From Squalus acanthias (Eukaryota): a stretch of 64,000 bases of DNA. A program made the translations under genes and the position numbers. The stretch spans positions 171,120,001 through 171,184,000 of the forward strand of contig CM059425.1 in the NCBI GenBank assembly GCA_030390025.1, given 5' to 3'. The notes beneath the pieces are model-generated. The model was not told the DNA's origin, searched no databases, and worked only from the letters and a program-made list of their open reading frames with translations. Positions within the stretch are counted from its first letter, which is position 1, and each line of letters begins with the position of its first letter. This document shows positions 13,841-26,239 of this stretch, one piece after another.

Positions 13841-14455
13841 AATATTCTCCACTCTCCATTTGACTATTCTCTGTTTATTCATTGGTTCACCTAGGGTTTT
13901 TGCACCAGGGAAAACAAATCACAATATATCAAAAAGAGAGAAAGTAGAGGTCATACTTCAGGCAGGTCTATCCTAAAAAAGACTTCCATTTATAGAGTGC
14001 CATTCACAACCACCGGACGTCCCAAAGTGCTTTACAGCCAATTAAGTACTTTTTGAAGTGTAGTCACTGTTGTAATGTAGGAAACACGGCAGCCAATATG
14101 CGCACAGCAAGCTCTTACAAACAGCAATGTGTTAATGACCAGATAATCTGTTTTTTAGTGATGTTGATTGACAGATAAATATTGGCCAGGACACCAGGGA
14201 TAACTCCCCTGCTCTTCTTCGAAATAGTGTCATGGGATCTTTTACGTTCACTTGAGAGAGCTGACGTCTCATCCGAAAGGTGACAAGTTCGACAGTGCAG
14301 CTCTGCCTCAGCACTGCACTGAAGTGCCAGCCTAGATTTTTGTGCTCAAGTCTCTGGAGTGGGACTTGAACCCACAACTTTCTGACTGAGTAGGTGAGGG
14401 TGCTACCAACTGAGCCATGACTGACACAATGTGCAACAGGAACACAACACTCCCT
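13841..14455 (+). repeat. Local duplication copy 1 (13841-13976 plus 14428-14455), split by a SINE
   Basis: Aligns to 15091-15250: ggttcaccta.ggttt.tgcaccagggaaaacaaatcacaatat...gaggtc.tacttcag...tatcctaa|tgtgcaacagga.cacaacac.ccct. Confidence 0.85.
13977..14427 (-). mobile_element. Deu-domain SINE (SacSINE1-like), near full length
   Basis: Reverse complement begins gtgtcagtcatggctcagttggtagca, has B-box ggttcaagtccc, Deu core gtaaaagatcccatgacactatttcgaagaagagcagggg and tail aaagcactttgggacgtcc. Confidence 0.92.
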
Positions 14456-15090
14456 AAATTGGGGGCACCTGACAATATAAAAGGAGGCAAAACATGTGCA
14501 TCCACAGGCTCCTGGGGCCTGAACGTTTGTTGGTTCCAAGGACTGTCATTAGAGACAAAATAAAACACAGGCCTCCGTCATATTGGCCCTCCAACAGGCA
14601 CACTGCAAAAAGAAAAATGGGGCAAGCATCAATCAACATTCTCCACTTGAGAACTGCTCTCCCACCACGCATGGAACAATATAAAAATATCTGAAGACCT
14701 AAATGTTCTGGTCAGCTTCAAACACTTCAGTGCTTAAAAGTTTGTCAAGTTTAGCTGTCAGATCAAGATAATAAAGCTTAGCGAAAGTATGCAAGTCATT
14801 CCAGGTAGCTGCCTCAAGAAAAACACTTGCCATGGTGGGCCACAAAGCAGTCACAGCATGGACAAAATGTTCCCTGGTGACTACTGCCCTGTCAGTGAAT
14901 AATAGAAGAAATTATGTTTTACAACCTACTCTTAGCTTCACGGTTGTATTGCCTAAAGTTTTGTTTAGATGGAAAACTAAAGCTTTGTGCACACTAAAAA
15001 AGTAATTTCATGCGTGAGGTGGCAAGTAAGATTTTGCTATCATGAGTTTCTGAAATAAGTTAAACTGAGGTACAATTTTTGGTAGAAACC

Positions 15091-15250
15091 AAATATACTC
15101 CACTATTCACTTGAGTATCCTTTGTTCACTGGTTCACCTAAGGTTTCTGCACCAGGGAAAAACAAATCACAATATTTCAAAAGAAGAGAAATTGGAGGTC
15201 GTACTTCAGCTATAACTATCCTAATGTGCAACAGGACCACAACACCCCCT
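15091..15250 (+). repeat. Local duplication copy 2 (uninterrupted; shows the pre-insertion site)
   Basis: Contiguous ...ctatcctaatgtgcaacagg... where copy 1 carries the SINE. Confidence 0.85.
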
Positions 15251-15378
15251 CAAAGATGTCAAACAAAATATTAGTAGATATACCACCAAGATATGAAGTT
15301 CACAAACTAAGTACTAAAATGAGGGCTGGCAAAGAAAGGGCCTCAACTACAAGGAAGATAAGGTCACAAAAAAGCATT

Positions 15379-15510
15379 GGAGTAGATTTTCATGTGACCG
15401 CTTCCATCAGGCGTGAGATGGACAGAGCGAACCTACTACCCACCCAATGGAGGGCGAGCTTCTCACACATTTGGAGCAGCTCGCCGATCAGAGGGAACTG
15501 AAAATCTGGT
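15379..15510. mobile_element. Degraded MITE-like element
   Basis: Starts ggagtagattttca and ends tgaaaatctgg; termini resemble those of 52205-52339. Confidence 0.35.
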
Positions 15511-15668
15511 GGCTCCATCGCGGAGCTTAGCCAATTCAGATACGTTAATGGGGTGGGGGGGGGGCGTGATCCCGGGCATCGAGGTGGTCGAATTTTTTTG
15601 TGGACATAACTGCTCTTGACACCATTAAAATCATTTACTAGCTTTTTGTTAGTAATTGAGGCTTGTAC

Positions 15669-15825
15669 AGGTGGACTTTAAAGATCGCCCGGTGCTATTT
15701 GAAGAAGACTGGGGAGATTTCCTGGTTAACATTCCTCCCTCATCCAATACTATCAAAACAGATTAACTGGTCACTGAACGCATTGTTGTTTGTGGGATCT
15801 AGTTGAGTGCAAAATGGCTGCCGCA
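15669..15825 (+). mobile_element. Deu-domain SINE internal fragment
   Basis: aggtggactttaaagatc...ctatttgaagaaga...aaaacagattaactggtca...tgtttgtgggatct...gcaaaatggctgc matches the SINE core. Confidence 0.7.
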
Positions 15826-18239
15826 CCTGCAAGGAAGCAAATCTTTATAAAATTACACATCACAGAGGCATTATTTTATTCTTTTCTATGAAGGCTTGTG
15901 ATGTATTGGTTCCCTGCCATCATTGTTGTCAACTCATCGTTGTGTGAAGATGTGACAGATAATATAATTCCAGAGCATGTATCAGGTGCATTTTAAATCC
16001 CATGAAACCGTAACCCTGACATATTACTACAGTATTTACAACAGTGAATAATAAAAGATTGTAGTAAAATAACAGTGCAAGAATTGAAATAGCCATTTTC
16101 ACACAGATCACTTTCTTCAGATATTAAAGATTTTAGCATTTATCCTCTTGTTTAGCTTTGTTTTTCACATTCTTCTCTGCTTCTTTCTTTTGTACATTTC
16201 TACTAAATTGTGTCTGTGTTTGTGTACTGCAGGATCCCAACTACATTTAAATGGGAGATGTTTCAATGATCAGCACAAAGTAGTCATTGCTCTGTAATTC
16301 TTGCTTACATCAAGTGCAAATATTGAGTGAGTAAACTGTAAAAGAAAAGTAAAAGAAAACAAACATTTTTAATCAAAGTCCTCCAACTTTCAGTGCAAGA
16401 TCTCCTTGTCACAAACACCGTCAGTGGTCTTGCAGCATCTGCTGGTGGAAATTTATTTTTCCCTCTCCAACTCTGAATAGGTCACTGCCATCGTTACGAA
16501 GCAAACTTGTCAGCTGGCACTGCACTTCAACCTCTGACCCCAACTCAGCAAGAAGTTCGTTCACAACCCCGGCAGCATTAATTGGGGTAGGGGGAATGTC
16601 TCCAAGCGCAGCCTAGCTGCCTTGTTCCCCCTTCAATGGTAGCACACAGGCTTGGTCAAGCCACACAATCCTACAGACTTAATAAATGAACCATTTTTTA
16701 TGTGTATTTGACGGGTCCTCACCCTCGTTTTAAGAACTGCTTTCACAAGCATTTAGCTGCTGAGAGCCTTCTATTCTGGTCTCAAATTTGATTAATTTGC
16801 GCCATTCATGTGTCTATTTTTTGAATATAATGGAAATGAACTGGCTTTTAGTCAATGTACAAGCAATTTAAATCAGAAGTCTTCGTACTTTTGCAAAGGC
16901 AGTGATAATGGCAGCAGTTACTGGCTTGTTAATACTTTCTAGTAACAAAAAGTGAAACCTTTGTCCTGACAATCAAACCGTACCTGTATAAATCAGCAGG
17001 ACTGGGACTGGAAGGAGGCAACAGCTGCAAAATTTAAATAAGTGGCAACTTCCTATAGTGTATTCAGATGTAAGTATACGTTACATACACGCAGACATGC
17101 TGCAGTAATATTTTGCCTCTTCTACCATCTGCCTGCGCTTTATATGCAAAACTAATCAGTGTAAGACTGCCATTCTTCCCTCCCCTCTCAAAAAAATCAC
17201 TTAAAAGTGCCTAATATGGTTTAGCAAGTAGTCAGTGGAGACTCAAAAAACACACATATGAGTCTTATATAGTCTCTAAAGAGACCTACAAATATAGGTT
17301 AGGCTCTTAGCTGCACGTAGAGGCTTATTTTAGCAGTGGATGGGTGCAAGGGGTCTTATTTTACCTCTCTCGGGCGAGATTTTGTTCAATCCCTAAATTG
17401 AAATCCATGATCTAGCCATACAGCTTCTGTTAAAATTGCTAAAAACTAAACAATTGGAAACCCGGCCCCCATGCTGTGGTTCTAAAAATATCTAACTCCT
17501 CGCTCTACAAAATAAACAAATATATTTCAGTAACTGCTGTAATATTGGTAAAAGTCTTTTTCAGACTATCTAATCATTCAGGATGTCCTTCAGCTCACAG
17601 GACAGAGGCTCCCTCGTATTAATTCCTAACATGTTCCCACTTTAGAGGACTGTTCTGCATAAGCAGCACTCAGCAGTCAAAATATCCACTGCAAGGCACT
17701 TCATTTTGCCTTTAAATCACTCACAGTAGCTAGTTCTGCAACTGGCCTCTGGCATGTGTTGTAGTATGTCACATAATTAACTGTGATTAATGCACCATTT
17801 TAAATGTCAAACAACAATAATTTCATAAGCGACACCATGTTTTAATACATTTAGAAAAGCAGGTGGCTCGCATCAATGCCTTTACATACACTGCCTGGCG
17901 GAACGCAAGAATGACCTGGCATGCACACACAGTCAATTAGTATGTGTAAACTGCAATGTCTTGTGGGTAATTATCTCAATCTTTTGTGCTTTCTAATTAA
18001 GACATGGAAAAAGCATCCATCTGCATGTAGATAATGACTGAATCTTGGTACGACTCCTAGCTTCACTTTTATTTAGAAAAAAATTAATTTAAGAACAAGA
18101 GTTGTCACGGCCATAGTTATCCTACAAGGATGTGTTTGTTCAGACCCAAATACTGGATAATATGCAACTTCAGCATGTTCTTTTAATGAATTTTGCGCGC
18201 GTCATGATAAGGGATATTGGCACAAAGACACAGAATACT

Positions 18240-18545
18240 ATCCCATTTCAGACATCCGGTATCTCCAGAGTACTCTGAGGCCAGGTATAGGACGGTTAGA
18301 GTAAAGCCATTTCTGCTATGCCGTAACAATTTTCCCAATAGTGCAGACCTTATTACTCAACTGTGACCTTTTTCGATTTCCCACAACAGCCATTTTGTGG
18401 CCTTTGTAAGTGAGATTGCTATTCAGAGGCGAATTAGGGGCAGTTTTTTGTTATTGCCTCATATCCACTAACAACTGGGATTAGGCAATTTCAGAGTCAC
18501 ATTGGACCCTCACAGCTAGCAGTGAGGAGAAACTTTCAACCCGTA
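18240..18545 (-). mobile_element. LF-SINE-like relic (central and 3' part)
   Basis: Reverse complement aaaactgcccctaatt...gcaatctcact...aggccac...gggaaatcgaaa...gctttactct...tatacctggcct is colinear with the copies at 20740 and 26240. Confidence 0.55.
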
Positions 18546-18653
18546 GGGCTGATTATAACTTGACCTGCTCGCCGGAAACGGGGCAGTAGCAAAGTTAATA
18601 TTAATATCCACTACCTACCACCCCAGTATTAATCCACCACTTTATATTTACTG

Positions 18654-18936
18654 GGGCCTTCCGTCTCCCCTCTCAGGTGGACGAAAAAGATCCCATGGCA
18701 CATTTCAAGGGGAGCAGGGGAGCTCTCCCCAGTGTTGGCCAATATTTATCTCTCAACCAACATCACTAAAACAGATAATCTGGTCATTAGCACATTGCTG
18801 TTTGTGGGACCTTGCTGTGCGCAAATTGGCTGTCTTGTTTCCTACATTCTAAAAGTACTTCATTGGCTGTAAAGCACTTTGGGACGTCCAGAGGTGGTGA
18901 AAGGCACTATATAAATGCAAGTTCTTTCTTTCTTTC
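18654..18936 (+). mobile_element. Deu-domain SINE, 5'-truncated
   Basis: ccctctcaggtggacgaaaaagatcccatggcac...aaagcactttgggacgtcc...aaaggcactatataaatgcaagt(tctt)n. Confidence 0.9.
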
Positions 18937-18989
18937 CGCTGGGCTGCCTAGGTCAGAATCAGACAGCAACCTCGTTACTGTATGCAAAT

Positions 18990-19325
18990 TGGGGTTCTCT
19001 GACGTACGTAGATACCCGATGCACTTTAGGTGGTCAACTGGCGCACACTCCTCCCAGATGTACTGGGTGGTGAAAAGTAAGCAGCCCCAAAAATAGTGTG
19101 GGCCGCTGCTGCCCGGGACACCCCTTTCCCAACCCCCACCGGCCGGCCCAGCGTCCAGGCCCGGAGCCAACGAGCTGCAATGGGACACCCGTTCAGAGCG
19201 TGCAGCCCAGCAGTAGTATGGTAATGGGACATGTCCCCCGAAATGGACCGGGCTTCCCACCAGCAAGAGTGGGCAACTGGCCTGCGCGCTCTGTCGGTCA
19301 GCCGCCCGAGAGTTGAAATCTACTC
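18990..19325. mobile_element. GC/CpG-rich segment, probable non-autonomous DNA transposon remnant
   Basis: Abrupt GC-rich block ending gccgcccgagagttgaaatctactc, similar to the MITE right terminus ttgaaaatc(t/a)acccc. Confidence 0.35.
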
Positions 19326-20406
19326 TCAGGAGACTAGGTTAGATTCAAATTCAGGTTCCAAAGGTAAAAGGTCAATGTCTAGCCTACTGCACCATGCAGT
19401 CTCTATCTCAGGACTTTTATGCTTTGGTCAGGTTCGCGCACCAAGTGGTGTTAACCTATGTTGTCAGAAGTTTCACATTGCGTGTTCACACCAGCCAGCT
19501 ATCGTGTGAATACCCACTCCAAAATACAACGGACTTTATACCCAAATGTCAAGCAGTGGTGTTAGTGGCAGATGTTCTGAACTATAATCCTTCCACGTTT
19601 CCACTACAAACTGACTGAATCATCTGCACAAACCTGTAGCTATTTGTAAACAGGGCTTCAGAGATTCTGTGCAGCTAATTGTCTGAACAGAAGTGTATAA
19701 ATGAATTTGTTATAAGTGTGTGCAAATCCATTTCACAAAGGGCATGAGTCACGTTGCTGCAGACAATGGAGTGTGTGTGATAAGATCTGGTAACATCTTT
19801 TATATCTTTACCATCTGAGCTTCAGGTTATGGAGATTACATTTCTTCAAAGCCACTGTATAGCCATTCTCCAAATCACTGAACAATATTTCTTCCTGAGA
19901 AATGACCCAGGTTCAAGGCAGGTGCTGGTTGCATTTCATTCTGTGTTTTGAATATTGATGTTGAATCTCATGCTGTTAAATGTTTGCGGCCTAAATACCC
20001 TGCTGAAATCTGTCGGGACGCCACTGAGTTCTGCTGTAAATAGCAGGAGGCTTTCAAAATGGAGAAATCTGAAAACAGAATGAATTAAATATATCTGGCT
20101 ACAAACATAAAGGACTAATGCCGCATCTCACGCTGGGGCAACTATGGAATCAGTCAAACAGCCCAAATTCAAAGGATGGCATTTGTCATGATATCAGGTG
20201 TACACACTTTAAATGGAGTCACGGTTGCCCCACTGAGGTTAGTGGAGAAATCATGGAGTTTACTGCGGTCTATTTTGGGACCACTACTGATGGTACTTGC
20301 TACAAGCTTTTCAAAAGCAATAGTTCTGAAGCAGAGGCCACGTGTAGATTTATGTTTCAACTCTTCAAATACACACCCTGTTCAGAGAAGATCATGGTTC
20401 ACTTAC

Positions 20407-20517
20407 CTCCGTCACAACATACTTGCACCCTTAAAGTGGCCTTTCTTGTTCTGCCCATTACTGACACAGGCCGACTTCCTCTCCAATCTATCCTCCTTCA
20501 AGGGAATCACTGCACAC
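20407..20517 (-). other. Candidate 111-nt non-coding or first coding exon
   Basis: Consensus donor GAG|GTAAGT (plus-strand acttac at 20401-20406); weak acceptor gattgttcag|G. Stops in all three through-frames; an internal ATG gives MGRTRKATLRVQVCCDG, unrecognised. Confidence 0.2.
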
Positions 20518-20739
20518 CTGAACAATCAGCTGGGATCAGTATCTCACTTGTGAGCTCTCATCTTAATAAGCAATGCAATGCACCTCCTTGTGTATGGTAA
20601 CTTTTATTACACACTTCATGTATCTTTGGAGTGAATTTTGTGCTAGTTATTAAGTAAGTGCTAGTAAACTGAATACCTTTGACTTTTTTGGCCTAAATCC
20701 AATTTCAAGCCCTCCTGAGTGAGGTATAACATGATAGTC

Positions 20740-21050
20740 AGTGCATAACCAAAACATAAAAGTTCTTTTTACTCTTCCCCTGCAATGTCCTTTACCTCAT
20801 TTAAGAGAAATACCCCCTCCTACACCAATTCAGCATTTCCATTTCCCGTATCACATTTTTCTGGCCTTGGAGTGCAGCTGCCAATTTAGTGCTAATTATT
20901 ACCAAATTAGTGCCAATAGTGATCATTAATACCAGCTTTGCACAGTAGGAACTGGATCAAGACTGGCCACACGTATTTCACTTAGGAACCTCACAGTCAG
21001 CAGAGGAGAAACCCCAGTCTCAGAGAAGATGGTGTTCAAACTCACTGCAA
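20740..21050 (-). mobile_element. LF-SINE-like relic
   Basis: Reverse complement cctaagtgaaatacg...tccagttcctact...atcactattggcactaatttgg...ttggcag...aggcca matches the LF-SINE core as recalled (cctatgtgaaatgag...tccagttcctagt...atcacaattggcactaattggc...ttggcag...aggccaagg). Confidence 0.6.
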
Positions 21051-24000
21051 AAATCCAAACCCTCATTTGCATATTATATACACCCCTTGAAGTTCTGTAT
21101 CACAGGAAATTGGCTGACAACCAACTAGGTAATCATAGGTTTGAATCTCAGAGCTGCTCACCATCTTGAGATTGATGCCTTTCTGTATGCAGCATATTTT
21201 GGCAGTTCTCACCTGTTTGTTGGATGGAGGGGCCAGTTAACCAGCATGCCTGCATGCTCTGCCTGGAAGCAACATTTTTAAATCACAACCATGGCAGCAC
21301 ATTTGTCACCCCAAGAACCACCCGAGAGCAGGTGTGGAGAGGTTTATAGTACGCATTGTTCTGCTCTCATAAATTAATGAGGCCGAGTGATTCAAAGCAT
21401 GCTGTCTTCATGAAAAAGCATTTGCCAAAGATTTTTATGAATGCAATGCTCCTTTAATAAAGGAAACAAAATTGATGCATTCTAGGTATTTTCTTAAAAC
21501 TTTTATGTCTATTGACTCTCACAAACCCACTCTTTAGTGGAAACCCAGTGAGTCAACTGGCGCCGCATCCATTTCACATGACCATCCAGTTTAATCAGAA
21601 ATGGAAATGTCTTAAGAAAATATATTCTTTTTTAACTGGCAAGCGCAGGATACATTTGAGGCTTTAATCTGATGCTCAGTTTCGCACTGGTGAAAGAGTT
21701 AACAGGCAGTTAAAATGTGACAAGAATTACAGGCACAAAATACTGATCAAAAGACACTAGTGATGTTGCGCTGGGATCACAAGTGAAACTGTTTCAGCTT
21801 CCTCAGTGTTAAACCGTATAATCTGGCAAAGCTGCACACAGAAGTAATACAATTACAGCACTAAGCAGAGCAGTCTAAGCAAGAGACTAAATGCAGTAAA
21901 TGACACAAGAAGTCAGTTTATTTTTTCCTACCCTTTTTTCTACTATCTATTCAGCAGGTATACAATTAAGTATAAGATATTGTCCAGGAATCAGTCTATT
22001 TCCCCCGCTGCTGCTGCACTCGAGAGTTGATAGACAATCCCCATGTCATGGGACAATAACCACGTCTCCTGATACATTCCCACCATTATCAATTGGAGAC
22101 GCCTTAGAAAAAAAGCAGGCAAGTTATTTCAGTTGAGGCCATCCGCTCTCATGACAAACTGTTCCATCTAAAGCACACATTCAGTGCAGACCCCGACAGT
22201 GGATCTTTGATCTTCCCGCATTCAGGCAGGAATCCCTGCCTTCCCATTGCCCAGCTGGCATCCACAGCTTCCTGAGCAAATACCCTGATTTTAGTCACAC
22301 TGGAAAGCACGCTATCTGCTTCATACAGAAACAACATCCCCAGGGATTCAATCCCTCTAGTTTCTTCCCACCTAATGACTTCAAAGAGTGGAGGAAAATG
22401 AACCGTTTAGGAATCAGTGGAGAAATATAATAGTGAAAGTGCAATGTGAGTTCATGCTCTGGACATCTCTTACCATAGTGGTCATAGGGCTTTGTTGCAG
22501 CAACTTAGCTTCTCTCTTCCTCCTGACTCCCAATAGAATAATAACTACAATGCAGACAGGCAAGAAACTCATTTTCCCCCCTATAATAGAGACCATCATT
22601 TTTCAGAGAGAACTTGGCTTTGCATTCTTAGGAGTGTCTCTGACAAGTCTTCAGTGGGTATTTACGTGATACGTTTTTAATGTAAAAAGAATCTGACAGT
22701 TTACATAAGGGATGTGACCTCATGACTGCAACCCCTGGCTCTGATTTTCCAGATGGAAGCAGATTAGTCTCCAACTTTCATCCTTTAACAGGAGGGGCTT
22801 TTTTTTTCTGCCGTAGCAAAGCCGGTGGAAAAAGTGATCTTCGTGACTGTATAACTCACACAAAAGCACGCATCACAAATGTCTGCTAAAGTCTACCCTT
22901 CACAAAGCCCTCTTAAAAATCAACAGAAAAAAAGTTAATCGTGAAGTGAAAGGGTGACAGCAGAATTTAATTCAATTCAATGCTTTCCTGGAAGTTAACA
23001 TGGAAATTATTCCTCCAATCTCTTCTCCCAAAAGAAAAGGTGTGAAACTATTTCACAATAATCCCCAAAATGTACCAGAAAAAGAATAGCTTGAGAGATC
23101 ACTCTTAATTCTTCCCCCCCAAAAAAAGGAAATGGTAATAGAAAGACATGGGTGGCTAATCAAAGGGGGCCAAAAGGTGAACACTCACTGTGTGAGCACA
23201 TTTCCCACTTTTCCGAAAGTCATAAACTGAATAATCAGATTAGAACTGAGGAGACAAAAAGAGGGGGAAATGTAAGCACCATCCACCGTTTTTAGAAACG
23301 TCGTCGTCAGAAGCTGTGCATTTCACCACCTCCCCACCATAAGCGATTACCTCATCGTTCACTTTATTTGTATCACTATGGCAACTCCATGCAGAAGGAA
23401 ACTATCCCTTGGCATCCTGGCTCACTGAAGCTCCTCTCATTGCTACATACCTTAAACGCATACGTATAACATAAACTGCATTCTCATTTTCTTCATTTTC
23501 ATGCAGCCTTTTTTGTTAATGCAGAGCACCCGCAGTGTACAAATACCTGTACTGGCAGTTAATTCTGGAGAATATTGTCATTAATAAGAATTACTGTCAG
23601 TAACATTAAAACTCATGACTGTTTTAAAGCCAGTGCCAAGTCTAAGGAAAGGTCACCTCAGTTCAATGCTGGCAGGTCAGAATGGCACTAATTATATTTT
23701 GACCTTCAACCATTCGGATGTAGAACTCTTTCAGAGATGTGAAAAATGATTTCAAAATAATCTTGAGTTACCCTTGCTGACTTTAAGCAACAACAATGTC
23801 AAATAAAGTTGAAAATCTTCTTCATGCTGAACTGGGTTGAAGACTTTTCTCACGGTTGGTTGTGTGTTTGCCAGGAACTGGTTCCAAATGCAATGCATTT
23901 ACCCACCGCATGAATGTACTTAAATAAGACAGGGAGCTGATTACAGTAGGTTAGTGACCTTGGTCACTGCTTGCATAGCATGCCTGGTAAATGGACACTT

Positions 24001-24149
24001 ACAAGCAAGGCTGAGGGTTGCAGATCAAAGTGCTGGGGTCAGTAATGGCACAGACCTATGCTGACTGTCACTTCCTCAACTTAATGAATTCCTTGTAAAC
24101 CCAATACTTGTTTAGAGCAGTCAACTGCAGTAAATTATAGAACTTTCTC

Positions 24150-24575
24150 TTTTTCCAAGTCTTCTCCTTTGTTCTGCTAAAACGGCTCTTGCTCGGACAC
24201 AGCTCTACAGGTGCTGGCAGCTCAATGGTACCTTATCCAAATTCTTTAGGTGTGAGCCCAGACATTGAAAGGTGACAGACTATTCAACGAAGGTCTATTC
24301 CGACGAAGGGTTTCGACCTGAAACGTTAACTCTCTTTCTCTCTCCATGGATGTTGCCTGGCCTGCTGAGTTTTTCCAGCGTTTTCTGTTGTTATTTCTGA
24401 TTTCCAGCATCCGCAGTATTTTGCTATCAGACTATTCAAATGTTGGGACATTTCACTTGGCATCCGTACTGTTGTCCCAGCAGAGCTCAGCTAATTCACC
24501 ATAGCCCAGGGAACTAACCGGGGACTCTCATGATCTGGATGGCTTAGTCTCACATGAGGCAGTGTGTTGATTCAC
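24150..24575 (-). mobile_element. SINE-like family B copy hosting a nested insertion
   Basis: Plus strand gtgtgagcccagaca...gactattcaa...gagctcagctaattcaccatagcccaggga is the reverse of family B blocks; interrupted at 24288-24427. Confidence 0.65.
24288..24427 (+). mobile_element. Penelope-like terminal-repeat-derived short insertion with decayed hammerhead core
   Basis: ccgacga-agg-gtttcga-cct-gaaa-cgtt then tctctctccatggatgttgcctggcctgctgagtttttccagc; 12-bp TSD cagactattcaa at 24276-24287 and 24428-24439. Confidence 0.8.
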
Positions 24576-25609
24576 TAAACCATCAACAGAGCTTGCATTC
24601 GCTTTATTGATCTGAGCCATATAGTTCTCTCATCGCAGGAAAAAAGGGCAATAGTTTTAATGCTAAGAGTAATACACAGGCAGTAGGGGGTATGATTGCT
24701 TCCCTGCACTGTGCCGTCAGCATTACCAAAACTGTGCTGCCTTCTGAATGGTTCTACTGTTTTGGGTAAAAATCCTGCTGCAGTCTGGTTCAGAGGCATC
24801 TTCTGAAAACCATGTTAACCTGTTATTAATGTGCATACAGAACTGTCAACTAGGGTTTGTTGTCCAGTTCTCAAATATCAAAATTACTGGGCACCCCCTC
24901 CCCTCCCCTCCCCACCCCCCAAAAGAAAATCGAACCATCCAGTTTGAAAGCAGATGAGCAGCCATCCTACAGTCAACATCCAAAAAACGGCAGGACTCAG
25001 ATTTATCTCCACAATAGAGCGAGACACATTGCAAACCCATTTAAACAAACAAACAGAGCAGTGTTTTCTTTTAAGAGTCACATGAATGGAAATAGTTTAT
25101 GTTGTAAAACCACAACGGGTGAGTGCCACTCCCAATAACTGGGACTTGGCAGACCTGGTGTACGGCCGGAGCATTCACAGTTGTTCCTTGCAGCACTATT
25201 TCACAGCACTATCAAGAAAAGCATATCCGAGGTGTACGTACTTTTAACTGCACCAGTTAATTTTCAGAAATATATCTGCTGTCATTATTCAAGGATCATT
25301 CTGTGAATTACAGCTCCAGAACTTAGTAGGAAATGTAGAAGTGTACAGATGTTACAGATTAGAAGCAGAAACTGAAAAGCTTCAATGGTGCATTGTTGTC
25401 AGGACTCTCTCACTTACAAGCCAAATTTTCTTATATGTACAAAGTACCTGGTTGGCATCTTTTCAAATCAAGTCAACTGCCATGTTTTTAAACAATGCTA
25501 TACTTCAAAAGCTTAAAGAGCTATAGGAGCTTACGCATGAAGATGATATAGCAAAAACTCTTGATAAATAGGCAGGCCACAGGTTTGGGCTTGTTACTTC
25601 TCACACAAT

Positions 25610-25743
25610 GCGGTAGATCTTGAATTTGTGCAATAGTGTAAAACAGATGATGCAACAGAAATAAAAATCAGGAGAGATGTACAAAGGGCTGCTGACTCGC
25701 TATCACCCGTTTTACACTAGCGCACAAAGTCAAGATCTACCCC
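25610..25743. mobile_element. MITE, ~134 bp, ~40-bp imperfect terminal inverted repeats (TIRs)
   Basis: Left ggtagatcttgaatttgtgcaatagtgtaaaacagatgat; right reverse complement ggtagatcttgactttgtgcgctagtgtaaaacgggtgat. Confidence 0.85.
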
Positions 25744-26239
25744 AGTGAGTTTCTAAGCTCAGCCGGGCTGTATGGGAGAGGTACTCAGTGAAAACAAAAT
25801 AGAGTGCTCTTCTTGAAGAGAGATGAAAAATCCCACTAGGCTATGAGCAGTCCTTACAACTCATGACCACCTTCTGGGAGCTGCTTTAGGAATGGCATTG
25901 AAAGAGGTTGCCTCCCTACTCACTTAACTGATGAATGGTGCAAGGCCTGAAGAATGGGAAAAATGTAAAATATATTGTTGAGCATTGTTGAAAGGTTTGT
26001 GTTGGAAATCAAAATCTCCCTTCCTCTTTGATAATGTTGTTGGTGATAAATGAAGATTTTTGAAGTGATGACACTTGCAACTCCCCTACCTCAGCAGAAT
26101 GACAGCTGCTGGTTTAATGATTCAGTTCAGTCAGAGCTAAGACTCTTGTGGAGACTTATTTGTTTTATATATATATTTTTGCATGAAATGTTATGTTGAT
26201 CATGGTTAAGGATATGTATATTGAGGAATGGAACAAACT

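Noticed and set aside
20118-20600. Overlapping 160-aa and 125-aa ORFs as a coding exon
   Set aside because: Neither peptide is recognisable and no consistent plus-strand splice context is evident.
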